Below are positions 25,760 to 39,369 of a DNA stretch of 64,000 nucleotides, piece after piece. A program made the translations under genes and the position numbers. Positions within the stretch are counted from its first letter, which is position 1. Each line of letters starts with the position of its first letter. Under the pieces are notes generated by a model, which made no database searches, was not told where the DNA came from, and saw nothing but the letters and a program-made list of their open reading frames with translations. This DNA is from Octopus vulgaris. Taxonomy: Eukaryota. The stretch is taken from contig OX597823.1 in NCBI GenBank assembly GCA_951406725.2, positions 63,240,001 through 63,304,000 on the forward strand. The letters run 5' to 3'.

Positions 25760-26700
25760 CACATTTCTTGGCAATTTGACAAACCATCAAATCTTCAGTT
25801 GACTGTCAATGACCTGTACTGATGATGTTGACAAAATATTAGTGACATAGCTTGTTGATACATCTGCCGACTGTGTTGATGTAAAACTAGATTTATAGTT
25901 GAATGTCAGCACATCTGATGGCAATTTTGACAAAACATCAAATCTGCAGTTGACTGTCAATGACATACACTGATGGTGTTGACTAAGTATTAGCAACATA
26001 GCTTGTCAACATATCTGCTGATAGTGCTGACGAGAAACCTGATTTATAATCATCTGTCAGCATATTTGTTGACAATTTTGACAAAATATCAAATCTGACA
26101 ATGTTGGCTGACAATACATTTATTTGCTAATGATGTTGTCTTAACACCAGACCTACAGTTGGCAGTCAACACATTTGCTGACAGTGTTGACATAATACCA
26201 GATCTACAGTTGACCAGATCTACATTCATCTTCTGGCTGTGTTGATGGTTAAAAATCTCTGCTGACATAGCTGATTCAATACAATAAATATCTCTGACTG
26301 GCTGTTGACACAAATACTGACATTGTAAAAACTCATCACATCTGCTGAGAAGTTTTACATCACATATCTACAAAACCTAAGCTTTATATTTAAAATATGC
26401 ATCTGCTGATAAACATAACACAACAGATCTTCAGTTAACACCTCTTCTGAATTTGTTGACCAACAAAACACTAAACACAGTTGAGTCAATTCATCTGCCG
26501 ACAATGTTCATACAATGCTATATTTATAAGATCGCTCAACTTCTTAGCTAAAAGCATTTCCACAACAATCAAATCTACAGATGACGGTTAATTCATCTGT
26601 TGACTACATTGATTTGGCACAAAATGAGTGTCGACTCATTTGCTAAAAACATTGGCATGACACAAAACTAATGTATACAGTTGACAGTATTTATGACATT
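25760..26700. repeat. Degenerate ~51-bp tandem repeat with a ~152-bp higher-order unit
   Basis: Recurrent acatctgctgac / gttgac / gatctacagttgac; blocks starting near 25769 and 25921 align. Confidence 0.7.
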
Positions 26701-27914
26701 TAACTAGGTCCTTTATTAATGATGTATCTTGAAGCAATTTTGTCTATAAATAATTTCTGCTTCTTCCCCCCCACCATTCAAAGCGTTTTTAACTCAATGC
26801 ATTATAAGGTGTTATTTACTGCTGATTTTGCTTTGAGACATATCATAAATAAAGACGTTACAAATTTCTTGATGCCTGTGCATTTGCATTCTAAATGTAA
26901 TAAACTTTTAATTTCTTCTGTCAAAGCTTCGATCAGTATTTCCTATCAGCACCCACTTACTCTCTATAGCTTTATATATAGCACTTAGGTTAGGTGGGAA
27001 CTGATTTCTAAATCATGAATTTATTAAAACATTTTTTTTTTTTGAAATTTGCAATGTTTGTTGTTGTTACTGCTACTACTTTTTTTTTGTTGTTTTTGAA
27101 ATTTTCTTTTATATCTTCATGCTACTTTTTGTTTTTTAATTGCTGTACATTTACAATTTCTTTTTTTATTTTTCTCTGTTTTTTTCCTGAGAAGTTGATA
27201 TGTGGTAGTCAGCACCCTGTCCAGTGATGTGATGAGAGTAGTTTCCCATTAGCAAAATTTCTAGGGAAAACTGAGATAAATGCTGGCCCTATGGGTCATA
27301 ATGTTTTGAGATGCAGATTTAACGAATATTACAAGGAAGGTGCCACAGCACACCTCCAATTTCTCAGTGAATTAAGACCACGGCCTGGTTTTAATTATTT
27401 CTCTCACTCCTTTTTTATTTCTTCTCAAAATGTTATGCATCATAACTAATTAACAACAACCATTATTTAACATCATCATCTAAGGCAAGCTCTTAGTGAA
27501 ACCATCACTAATAACGTTGACAAGAGGATACACTCTACACTACAACTTTTTATCCCCTTCTGCCTCTCCTCTAATTCAAAGGCTTTGTGCCTGCCTTTAT
27601 AAGAAATAATATTATGATTAATTTTGTAAATTAAATACAAAAGTTTTATTGGGAAAAAAAAAACGGAAAAAAAATTTACATGCTGCCATGTTGGTTATTT
27701 TTTTAATTGTTTTTTGCCCCCACTACAGTTTCGTTTTTTGCTGTGTGCATGTGTAGCTGTGAATATTTATGCAGGAGTAGCATGTGTTCAAAAGTTAGTT
27801 CTTCCCATATTTTATGTTGTTGTTATTGAGGGCATTGGGCTTTGCGCCTATGTTAGAAATAATAATAATGATAATTATTATTATTATTATCATTATTATT
27901 ATTACTACTTACTA

Positions 27915-30160
27915 AGGCAGTGAGTTGGCAGAATCATTAGCATGCCAGAGAAAATGCTTAGTAGAATTTTTCCCATCTGAGTTAAAATTTTGCCAAAGTT
28001 GATTTTACCTTTCATCCTTTTGGAGTCGATAAATTAAGTACCATTTGAGTATTAGGGTCAATGTAGTTGACTTGCCCCTTCTCCAATATCTCAGGCCTTG
28101 TGACTACAGTAGAAAATATTGTCATTGAGGGCGGTGGATGAGCAGGTTCCCATAGAGCACCAGAAAAGATTATCAAGTGGAATTTAGGTTTTTTTTTCCT
28201 TTTACTAAACTAAAGCATGATGGGCTGTGTTTGATTTTTTCTTTTTTTTAAAGAATAGGAACTTATCATCTTCAAACTGGATACTTAGTTCAAATACTTG
28301 GAATAGAGTACATTCTGCTTTGGGTTCCGAAGGGCCAGATGGTGGTGTTAATCTAGAAGATGGATTACGTTTACCACACACAAAGATGGTCCCATCTACC
28401 AAATTTCACTCACAGCTTTGGTCAACCTGAGGCTTTGGTACAAGACACCTTTGCTTCAGGTGCCATGCTATGGGGCTGAACCCAAAACCACACCCTGCAC
28501 CTGTTCAGTCCGAGTTCAAATCTTGCCAAGGTTAAATTTGCCCTTTACATTAAATTCTTCCAGGGTCAATGAGCTTAGTACCTGTAAAATATCGTTATTA
28601 TTTAGACAGTATCCTAGCAGAACTGTTGGCAGACCGGACAAAATGCTGCTAAGCATTTTGTCCATCTTTACACTCTGAGTTCAAATTCTACCAAGGTCGA
28701 CTTTGCCTTTCATCCTTTTAGGGTTGATAAAATAAGTACCAGTGAAGCACCGGGGTTGATGTAATTGATTAGTCCCTTCCCCCAAAATTTCAGGCCTTGT
28801 GCCTATAGTAGAAAGGATTATTATTATTATTAAAGAAATAAGTTGGCAGAATCATTAGCATGCCAGGCAAAATGCTTATCAGCATTTCGTCTATCTTTAT
28901 ATTCTAAGCTCAAATTCCACTGAGGTCGACTTTGCTTTCCATCCTTTTGGGCTTGATAAAATAAGTCCCAGTTGAGCACTGGAGGAGGAGGGGAGGGGGC
29001 AATGTAATTGACTTATCCCCTCCCTTCCATAATTGCTGGCCATTTGTCAAAATTTGAAATCATTACTAGGATGGTAGGTTGGAAGAATTGGTACAGCATT
29101 AGACAATATTCGGTTCCTATTCTTTCTGAATTCAAACTCCATTAAGGTCACTTTTTGCCTCTCACACTTTGAAAATCAATATAAACAAAGTACCAATCTT
29201 GTACTGGGGGGTCAGTGTAATCAACTACTTTCCTCTCCACAAATTTCTAGCCTTGTACTTATATTAGAAAATTTGTTATTAGTAGGGATGATAGATTTGC
29301 ATAATTGGTTGAACATGAACAAAAAAACCTTTTGATATTTAATGTTTTTATGTTCTAAATTTAAAATCCTGCGGAGGTCAACTTTGCCATTCATCTTTCA
29401 GGGTTGATAAAATAAGGTACTAAGCTAGTACTGAGTCAGTGTAATTGACTAACCATCTCTCCTCAAAACTGCTGGCCTTGCTCCTAAATTAGAAACAATT
29501 TTTTAATTGTTATTATCATTATTAAGGCAGCGAGCTGGCAGGATCATTAGCACACCAGGTGAAATGTTTAGCGGTATTTTGTCTGTTGCTACGTTCTGAG
29601 TTCAAATCTTGCCGAGGTCGACTTTGCCTCTCATCCTTTTGGGGTTGATAAAATAAGTACCAGTTGAACACTGGGGTCGATGTAATCGACTCATCTCCTC
29701 CCCTAAAATTGCTTCCCTTATGGAAAAATTTGAAACCGTTATTATAAGGTGGTGAGCTGGCAGAATTGTTAGCATGCCAGGTGAAATGCTTAGTGGTATT
29801 TTGTCTGTCAAATTCCACCGAGGTCGACTTTGTCTTTCATCCTTTCAGGGTTGATAAATTAAGTATTAGTCAATTATTGGGGTTAATATTATTGACTTCC
29901 CTCTCCCCCAAAATTTCTGGCCTTGTGCTTTTAGTAGAAAGGGTTATTATTATTATGAAAAATGTGGTAAGCTGGCAGAATCATTGACACACTGGATAAA
30001 ATGCTTTAGCAACATTTCTTCCAGCTTTCTTCACGTTCTGAGCTCAAATTCTGCTGAGGTCAACTTTATCTTTCATCCTTTTGTGTGGGGTGATAAAATA
30101 AAGTGCCAGTATAATAAACTACCACCTCCCCCAAATTGCTGGTCTTGTGCCAGAATTAGA

Positions 30161-30165
<5 letters not shown>
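27915..30165 (+). mobile_element. Head-to-tail array of about 8-9 SINE B copies
   Basis: Heads near 27915, 28612, 28840, 29070, 29285, 29525, 29748, 29965; several follow (TTA)n tails. Confidence 0.8.
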
Positions 30166-30193
<28 letters not shown>

Positions 30194-30670
30194 CATCATA
30201 AAAGGGTTTTGATCTGTAACAAAGTAAAGTAAAAAAATTTTAAAAAAATTGACAACTGAGCAGATGTCATTGATTGTCTGTGGCGATTTCTATTCGTGGA
30301 AGCTGTTTTATTTTAATTGTCTTTGTCTTTTGGGTTGGATGGTGTGTGTGGGTTGGGGAAGTAAATTTTGTTTGTTTTTTTTTCATTGAGATTTATAAAC
30401 CACCACCACCTCCAAAAAACACAACTGCTATCTATTATATGCATTCATTTAACTCATTCATTCAGATGTATGAAAGCAATATCACTGAGCATGCATGTGT
30501 GTATGTGTGTTAACCATGGGCTTGTATGGCTCATCTCACTCATCATCTGCCAGTTGTCACCAATGGTCTCTCGCTGATGCCTTTTTCCCCCGAACACTTT
30601 AACAGGGGGTGAATGTAACTGACCGCAGTTCCATATTAAAGAAATTGGTGTGAGTCTTGTAGATGTCCTA

Positions 30671-30714
<44 letters not shown>

Positions 30715-30854
30715 TATAAAGATACATGCATAAATACACATGCAAACTCACACGTGCACTCACTTACACATACACTCTCATGCACATGTGTGCATGCACA
30801 CGATCTTCCACATATTTGTACATGTTTATGCTCTGACATTATATTCCAACACAA

Positions 30855-30889
<35 letters not shown>

Positions 30890-31629
30890 AAAATACACAC
30901 ACAAACACACACGCATATTGTGGCATGCCTGTATGCTGCAATTTGTATCATCTCACTCAAGCAACAAAACGCATTTCTTATATATGCACATGTGCAAAAC
31001 TTTTGAGTGCGACTATATTAAATGAATGAAGGAAAAAAAAATGAAAAAAATACTCAGTGGAGCTCATGTATATAATAATAAATATGTTTAATTTGCTTTC
31101 AAATGTCTTCCTTTTAATTGAATATAATGATGGCTTTATTAGTCAAGGTATTGAATCCATATTTCTTTTATGTTTCTTTGATTTTTTTTTTCTTGTTTTT
31201 TTTTCTTCTTTTTTTTCTTTTTTTTCTTCATTTTTCATTTTCCCTCTTCCCATCTTCTCTCAAACAGTCTTGAAATTCAGCTTTTGTTTCTGCTATGAAG
31301 ATGATGATGATGGTAGTTAGGATATTCATAATATGTAATACAGAAAAATTCCAGTTTACTTTCCACGTGTTACTTTTTCAGATATATCATATTGGTTTCA
31401 AATTATGGCACAAGACCTTGTAGATATTCAAGTTGGATATCAGCTGCCGTTAATCTCACCAGCTGAAAGTCATGACCTTTGGTATTCATAGCCACTGCTT
31501 CACCTTCTCTAACTAAATTACTTCCAAAATAAATAAATAAATAAATAAAAAGTACAAGCTACAATAGTCTTTCTGTTTACCAGATTTACATGCCTTAGTT
31601 TTTCATGAAGGTTAAATGAAATTCTTTTA

Positions 31630-32384
31630 TTCTTTGTCATTTGATTGCAGCTATGCTGGAGCACCACCTTGAGGGATTTTACTCAAACAAAACAACCCCA
31701 GTACTTATTTTTTTAAGCCTATTACTTATTCGGTCAGTCTCTTTTGCTGAACTACTTAGTCAATCAGTGATCAATGGTGGGGGACAAGCAAACAAACACA
31801 CACACACAGTTTCCGTCTACCAAATCCACTCACAAGGCTTTGGTTGGCCCGAGGCTGTAGTAGAAGACACTTGCCCTAGGGGTGCCATGCAGTGGGACTG
31901 AATCCAGAACCATGTGGTTGAGAAGTTAGTTATTTTGTTTGTTTTTTACCACACAGCCATTCCTGTGCCACAAATGTGGAAGAATTTGTGACTTTTCTCT
32001 TCCTGAATTTAATTATCACTCTTGACACACAAACTGAAATAGTTAGAAATAACCAGGAATCAAAATTGAATCCTAAATACAAATTAGTTTGCCTGCCATT
32101 GTTTACATTTTAGCATTTGCTACTTTGATCTTGTCGAAAAAAATTTCTATTTCTCCTTCTCCTTCTTGTAGTCTCTATCTATCTATTCATTCCTTCTCCC
32201 CACCTCTCTCGTTTCCTGTTTCTGTCTCTTTCTGACGAGCTTTCTTTCTCAATGTCTATATTTGTTTGTTACTATCTTTCGGCAATCTCTCTTCCTTCTA
32301 TACTATCTATATCATTGCATTTTATCTTTCTGCTTTCACCTAAAGTTGTCTAGAGTTTCCTTTTCCTTTGGTTTCAACAGGATA

Positions 32385-32429
<45 letters not shown>

Positions 32430-32465
32430 ATACAAAATATGTTATGCTTCAAGCAAATTACAATA

Positions 32466-32509
<44 letters not shown>

Positions 32510-33128
32510 AGGAGAAAGAATTAACAGATGGGATCGGGAGAATCTCAATATTAGAAAAAAATTAGTTGAGCTCTAAAAATTTGAACTTACACTCTGAAAT
32601 CTTTATCAAGGACCAAGTCAGTGGGTTAAAGAGTGGCTAAGTGGCTATAAAGAGAATCCAAGTGAGTAGATATGGAGACAATGATGGAAAGAAACAGATA
32701 AAACTCCTTGGGTTTGATATACAGAATATATATAGATGGCCCCACTCGTGCTAACGATTGCATTTTTAGACGCAGGACTGGCTGTATTGTAAGAAGCTTG
32801 CTTCCCAGCCAGGTTCAGTCCCACTGTGTGGTACCTTGGGCAAGTGTCTCCTACTATAGCCTCGGACCTACCAAAGTGTAAGTGGCTTTGGTAGATGGAA
32901 ACTTAAAGAAGCCTGTCGTGTATATGTGTGTGTGTTTGTTTCCCCCGCCATCGCTTGACAACTGATGTTGGTGTATTTACGTACCCCGTAACTTAGCGGT
33001 TGGTTCGGCAAAAGAGACCGATAGAATAAGTACTAGGCTTACAAAGAATAAGTCCTGGGGTCGATTTGCTCGACTAAAGGCGGTGCTCCAGCATGGCCGC
33101 AGTCAAATGACTGAAACAACTAAAAGAA
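31630..33128. mobile_element. SINE A copies at 31630-31967 (-) and 32769-33128 (+)
   Basis: Homology to family A. Confidence 0.75.
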
Positions 33129-33251
33129 TATATATAAATATATATGGCCGCAGCTCTGAGCTGAAACAAGAAAAAAAAAAGTATATATAAATATATATAT
33201 ATATTATTAATAGAGCAAACTTACTCTCTGTAATTGTAATCTGAGTAAGTT

Positions 33252-33285
<34 letters not shown>

Positions 33286-33473
33286 TATATGTATATAATA
33301 ATAATAATAATATGTGTGCGTTAGCCTTAACTTAAATAGATTCAAGATGAAAGTCTCTCTTTGAAGGCTGGATTGATTCTAACTTTTTCATGTCTGTTCT
33401 TCCAGCATATGCACACATACACATATGCATTGCCTTCAGTAAAGCGCGCGCGCGTGGTCACACTCACGCAAAC

Positions 33474-33524
<51 letters not shown>

Positions 33525-33526
<2 letters not shown>

Positions 33527-33704
33527 GTTAGTCCAAACAAGAAAATACAACAACGTGAGGACGTGGAACAAATATAGTATTATTGGACGCTCAGGAAAGA
33601 AGGAGGGTTTAACGTTTCGAGCGGAGCTCTTCGTCGGAAACATAGGAGAAGGAAAGATTCAGAGAAGGGAAGACAGAGGAAAAAAAATCGCCAACGGTAC
33701 ACAC
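33525..33704 (-). mobile_element. Short Penelope-like (hammerhead-bearing) repeat next to (TA)n
   Basis: Near-identical to 59214-59420; carries the hammerhead motif; abuts a TA microsatellite. Confidence 0.6.
33607..33641 (-). ncRNA. Minimal hammerhead variant (core CCGACGA)
   Basis: GUUU-CCGACGA-A-GAGC(ucc)GCUC-GAAA-CG-UU-AAAC. Confidence 0.6.
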
Positions 33705-35014
33705 GATATATATATAGGTACAACATCGATTTTTCAGGAACTTTTGATTCCAAAGCCTGTCCAGATAACTGTTTTTTTTTTTTAGTACCAGTGGAGTCAT
33801 CTTGGTCAACACACTCTAAAATTAAACAAATATTAATTTTACTGAAGTAATAAAATGAAATACAGGTAACTGCATTACACATTAGTGTAAATTAATTCGG
33901 ATTATAAGAGATCTCGGACCATCGGTGTCCAGAAAGTCAGTGTTTTATCTGCATTGTCCACATCTGATGATATATATCTTCACTAAATCAGTGCAATGTT
34001 TTGGGTGATAAAAGGATTTTTATATATATTTACAATATATGTGTGAATAGTCAAAAGTATATATACATCTTTTTGTAATTACTTAAGTATATAATATCCA
34101 AATACACACACACAACGTGACAGTAAAGTATAATTCTTAGTTACGTCCACCATCTTGATTATTCTAAGATTTATGGATATTCAATGAAAACTTGGAATAA
34201 AAGAAAGCAATGGATAAGTTTTTTTTTTGTTCTAATGCTTTGTGTTTATTTTTATAAATAATCTTTTTATATTGCGGCCATGCTGGGGCACCACCTTGAA
34301 GAGGTTAGTCGAACAAATTAACCCCAATACTTTAAAGCCTGCTACTTAATCTATCGCTCTTTTTTTTTTCAAAACCGCCGAGTTACGGAAACGTAAACAA
34401 ACCAACACCGGATGTCAAGCGGTAGCAACACACACATACATATAGATATATATGAGAGAGAGATAGACGTGTTTCTGTGTTGTATTTGTCCCCTACAACT
34501 ACTTGATGACCGGTGTTGTTTTGTTCACTTCCACGTAACTTAGCAGTTCAGCAAAATTGACTTATAGAATAAGAACAAGACTTGCAAAAAAAAAAAAAAA
34601 AGTAATGGGGTTGATTTGTTCGCACGGCTGCAGCCCAATGACTGAAACAAGCAAAAGATATATCTTATCTCAAACAAGAAAGGAAGTCTTATTTTCGTTT
34701 AACAATTGAAACTGCCATTTATTTACACGAAATTGCTGAAATGTTCTTGACACTTGAAGTCGTTTTAAGCTTATAAGCTATAAGAGATAGAATATGACAT
34801 ATCTAAGAAGGAATCGTGTGTCCGGTGTGGAAGTAAAATTTAATCAATAATAGTTTGGAGCTAAAAATAAGTCAAACGAATTACTGCATTGTATTTCAAG
34901 CTTCAAATCCACTCAAGTGTTTGGTCGATCCGAGGCTCAAGCAGAAGAACTTGCCCGAAGTGTCACGCAATGGGACTGAACCTGGAATCATGAGACAGGG
35001 AAGCCAGCTTCTTA

Positions 35015-35669
35015 TTTCTTTATTGCCCACAAGGGGCTAAACATAGAGGGGACAGACAAAGGGATTAAGTCAATTACATCGACTCCAGTGCGTAACTGGT
35101 ACTTAATTTATTGACCCCGAAAGGATGAAATGCAAATTTGAACTCAGAACGTAGTGGCAGACGAAATACTGCTAAGCATTTCGCCCGGCGTGCTAACGAT
35201 TCTGCCAGCTCGCCGCCTTTTTTTTCTTTTGTGAGATACGAACTCACGGCCTCTGGATTAGAAGTCCAGCTTCTTACCATAAAGCCACGCCATAGAATAT
35301 TCCTTTTATAAAAAATTTGCGCTAGGGTAATCTGTTTCTTTATTACCCACAAGGGGCTAAATATAGAGGGGACAGACAAAGGGATTAAGTCGATTACATC
35401 GACTCCAGTGCGTAACTGGTACTTAATTTATCGACCCCGAAAGGATGAAAGGCAAAGTCGACCTCGGCGGAATTTGAACTCATAACGTAAAGACAGACGA
35501 AATACTGCTAAGCATTTCGCCCGGCGTGCTAACGATTCTGCCAGCTCGCTGCCTTTTTTTTTTCTTTTGTGAGATACGAACTCACGGCCTCTGGATTAGA
35601 AGTCCAGCTTCTTACCATAAAGCCACGCCGTAGAATATTCCTTTTATAAAAATTTGAGCTAGGGTAATC
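35015..35669. repeat. Local tandem duplication (~320 bp x2)
   Basis: SINE B plus flank ending gctagggtaatc repeated at 35015-35331 and 35334-35669. Confidence 0.9.
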
Positions 35670-36696
35670 GTCTAAGAATTGCTGTTGGCTATGTTTAAGT
35701 TCTCTGCTTTAAATGGTTGTTTCTCGACCTAATAAAATTACAGCCAGATTCCCTCGAATCAAATCTTACCATTAAAAAAAAAATAAGAAAACAAAAAAAA
35801 AAAACATTAGGGAATGCAATCTGAAAAAAAAAATTTAACAGGTGTTGTCATGTTTGGAGCACCTTTGGTCATAGGACTGTTGGCCAAGATTTATCTACTA
35901 TAACTTGAAGTGATTTATGAGGAATTTCTACTATTTGTACTCTCCTTAGTAGCAGGCGGGTATTGGAATTGTTACGCATAGATCATCTTTGGACACGGGT
36001 TTGAGATGGGGCTAAACAACAGCAACTGTGGTTTATGCCAGCTCTCCCCTCTCCCCAGACCATCGAAGGTTTTTGATTAATGGCGCACAGTTGTTTTCGT
36101 TCTTGCTTAACCCTAGGTCTACCATGGTTGAGCAGGATACTATAAAAATGTTTCAGCTTAGGCCATCCTGTGTTTTATGTGTATCAGGAGCTACATTCTC
36201 TGTCTTTTTTTTTTTTTATGGTAAGATTGGATTTGAGGGAAATTGGCTGCTAATTTTACTATGTCGAGCGACGATAACTTAGAGAAGAGAAATCAAACCA
36301 AAAGTCCACAATTCTTAGATGGTTACCTCAGTCCAACTTTTTTTAAATAAAAGAATCAATTTGGAAATATTCTGAGGCATGGCTTTATGGTGAGAAGTTT
36401 GCTTCCCAACCGCATGGTTCCGGGTTCAGTCCCACCGTGTGACACTTTGGATAAGATCTTTTACTATAATCCCGGAATGACCAAAGCCTTGTGAGTGGAT
36501 TTGGTAAACGAAAGCTGAAAGAAGCCCATGTGTGTGTGTGTTTGTTTTCCATCAACTTTTGACAACTGGTGTTGGTTTGTTTGCGTTCCCGTGATTTAGG
36601 ATTTCGGCCAAAAGATAACGATAGAATAAGTTCTGTTCGGCTAAACTCGCCGAGGCTGTGTCCCAGCATGGTTGCAGTTCACTGACTGATACAATT

Positions 36697-37067
36697 CTGT
36701 GGAAGCACTCCGTCGGTTACGACGATGAGGGTTCCGGTTGATCCGACCAACGGAACAGCCTGCACGTGAAATTAACGTGTAAGTGGCTGAGCACTCCACA
36801 GACACGTGTACCCTTAACGTAGTTCTCGGGGATATTCAGCGTGACACAGAGAGTGACAAGGCCGGCCCTTTGAAATACAGGTACAACAGAAACAGGAAGA
36901 AAGAGTGAGAGAAAGTTGTGATGAAAGAGTACAGCAGGGATCACCACCATCCCCTGCCGGAGCCTCGTGGAGCTTTAGGTGTTTTCGCTCAATAAACACT
37001 CACAACGCCCGGTCTGGGAATCGAAACCGCGAGTCCGCTGCCCTAACCACTGGGCCATTGCGCCTCC
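36697..37067 (-). mobile_element. tRNA-derived SINE family C (partial + copy at 21030-21285)
   Basis: Minus strand begins ggaggcgcaatggcccagtggttagggcagcggactc..ggtttcgattccc (A and B boxes). Confidence 0.8.
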
Positions 37068-37923
37068 GATACAATTAAAAGATAAGTATATCACTAGCAT
37101 GCATTCAGATATGCAACTTGACAAGAGCAATGCTCAATACCGATTCAAATTTATCAAATCAGTGGACCGTAGGAAATCTTTTAACTGAACCAATGAAAAA
37201 AAAACAAAAACTTTTCTATATACTGTAACAAGTGACCTATTTCCCCTTCATTTTGTCGATACACACCAAAACAAAGAAAAGCATTTTTTTATCATTTAAT
37301 TTCACGTACGTGTTCATCCAAATGGATTCTATTGAAATGAACAATATTGAAAGGTTTTGCAGTGGAACAGTTCAAGCATTGGTCTTCTCAAGCGCTGTAT
37401 ACATTCATTTGTTCAACGAATATATGTAATTCTCCATTCCCACTTTAAAGACCTTTACTTAATATGATTGTTGATACACCATGTGGTTGATTTTTCTCCG
37501 AGTATTTCTGCAAACAAACTTTGCTAAAACTTATTCTTTCCTTTATTGCTATAATGTATATCGACCCTTTTATCCATTTACTTTGGCCTACATTTTGAAT
37601 CAGTCTGGCCTGCAAAACCAGAACAGAGTGATACCCTTGATTTATAGTATCCCTTGCTAGTACACGTACAATATTCATTTGTGTGTGCAATTATGCCATA
37701 TTTTTTTCCATCTCGTACATAATATTTGTATGTGCTAAATAGATAAATGTGTATACAGAAGAGAGCGTATGCATCCACACACACACATGAAGCTCACATT
37801 GCGATCACATCGTTTCAGGTTGGGTTCAGTCCGACTGGGCAAATGTCTCCTAATATAACCCCGGACTGACTAATGTCGTGTGAGTGAATTCAATAGACGG
37901 AAACTGTGTGGAAGTTCGTTGTA

Positions 37924-38138
37924 TATACGAAGCGGGGTGCTGAAAAGTTCTTGGCTTTAAAGGTATCGGGAAAGGCCTGGTTTGAGGCCCACCCTTCCGA
38001 GTTCTTTTACAAGGTTTAGAAAAACTGAAGGACCGCTGCAAGAAGCGTGTGAATCTGAGAGGGGGATATGTTGAATAAAATCATAATTAACTAATCTTCA
38101 AGTATTTTCTTTTACACAAAGCCGGTAACTTTTCAACA
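37924..38138 (+). mobile_element. Mariner-derived MITE (internal deletion derivative)
   Basis: Imperfect TIRs gctgaaaagttcttggcttt / aaagccggtaacttttcaac; interior resembles a mariner C-terminus (KAWFEAHPSEFFYK..EKLKDRCKKRVNLRGGYVE*). Confidence 0.7.
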
Positions 38139-38139
38139 T

Positions 38140-38705
38140 AGGCGTAGGAGTGGCTGTGTGGTAAGTAGCTTGCTTACGAACCACACGGTTCCGGGTTCAG
38201 TCCCACTGCATGGCACCTTGGGCAAGTGCCTTCTACTATAGCCTCGGTTCAACCAAAGCCTTGTGAGTGGATTTGGTAGACGGAAACTGAAAGAAGCCCG
38301 TCGTATATATGTATGTGTGTGTATATATCGCTTGACAACCGATGCTGGTGTACTTATGTCCCTGTAACTTAGCGGTTCGGCAAAAGAGATCGATAGAATA
38401 AGTACTAGGCTTACAAAAAATAAGTCCTGTGGTCGATTGCTCGACTAAAGGCAGTGCTCCAGCATGGCTACAGTCACATGACTGAAACAAGTAAAAGAGT
38501 ATCCCCCTCGTATGTGTGTATCTTTGTATTTGTCCTCCACCACCGCTTTACAACTGGTGTTGGTTTGTTTACGTCCCCGTAACATAGCGGTTCGGCAAAA
38601 CAGACCACCAGTACAATAAGCTGCGGGCTCGATTGTTTGACTAACTCCTTCAAGGCAGTGACCCATCGTGGCCATGTTCCAATAAATGATACAAATAAAA
38701 GACAA
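38140..38705 (+). mobile_element. SINE A full copy plus the 3' half of an older copy
   Basis: ggcgtaggagtggctgtgtgg start at 38141; older tail 38510-38705. Confidence 0.8.
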
Positions 38706-38759
38706 GAGGGAAGATATCTAGATGTAACTCGTGTATGTCTGTACATGTAAACGAAACAC

Positions 38760-39240
38760 TGCTCGCTCTTCCTCTCGCTTATTGCACTCCCCCTAAGTGA
38801 CTCATACCTCACACCGCCATTTTACACCAACCCGCTCTCTGAAAGACCGAAATAGGAAATGAAGGAGAAAGAAAGAATGAGTGAGAGTGCGATAGTTGTT
38901 TTCTGGTGTGCAAAGTGACTTCGAAGTATGTCGACCGATCTCGGTGTTTACCGAGGTCGTTTCTATATCGTGACTCGATTTGTTGTAAACGATGGCCTGA
39001 TCTTCCTTAGATTACTCTCTACCTGTAAAGGACGTGAATTTTTTTTCCCACGTGAGTTCCGGATCCCAGTTATGAACTCATTTGTATACAGCCAATCAGA
39101 GCTCAACTATCGAACTAATTTATGAGTGCATAACAAGTGATGGGCGATAAAATAAGATCACTTGGGTAAGGAGTCACCATGCGTCTTTTCTCTTTTAACA
39201 ATGCATGTTGTTTAGTTTGAGTTAACGAGGGTAAGTTTCT
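38760..39240. promoter_or_regulatory. Candidate (possibly bidirectional) promoter and first-exon region
   Basis: Unique CpG-rich sequence with YY1-type CCGCCATTTT (38814-38823), E-box CACGTGA (39049), AGCCAATCAG (39090). Minus-strand donor GAG|GTATGA at 38808/38807; plus-strand donor AGG|GTAAGT at 39230/39231. Confidence 0.45.
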
Positions 39241-39327
39241 GTGCATTTACTTGACCTGTTAAAAACTGCAGCCAATTTTCCATAATACCCAACTGACTTA
39301 AATTAGGAAAAACATACTATTTGTTTA

Positions 39328-39369
<42 letters not shown>

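Noticed and set aside
28227-28430. Protein-like short ORF (NLSSSNWILSS..GSEGPDGGVNLEDGL) after a pyrimidine tract
   Set aside because: No clear donor, runs into a SINE, and no recognisable homology.
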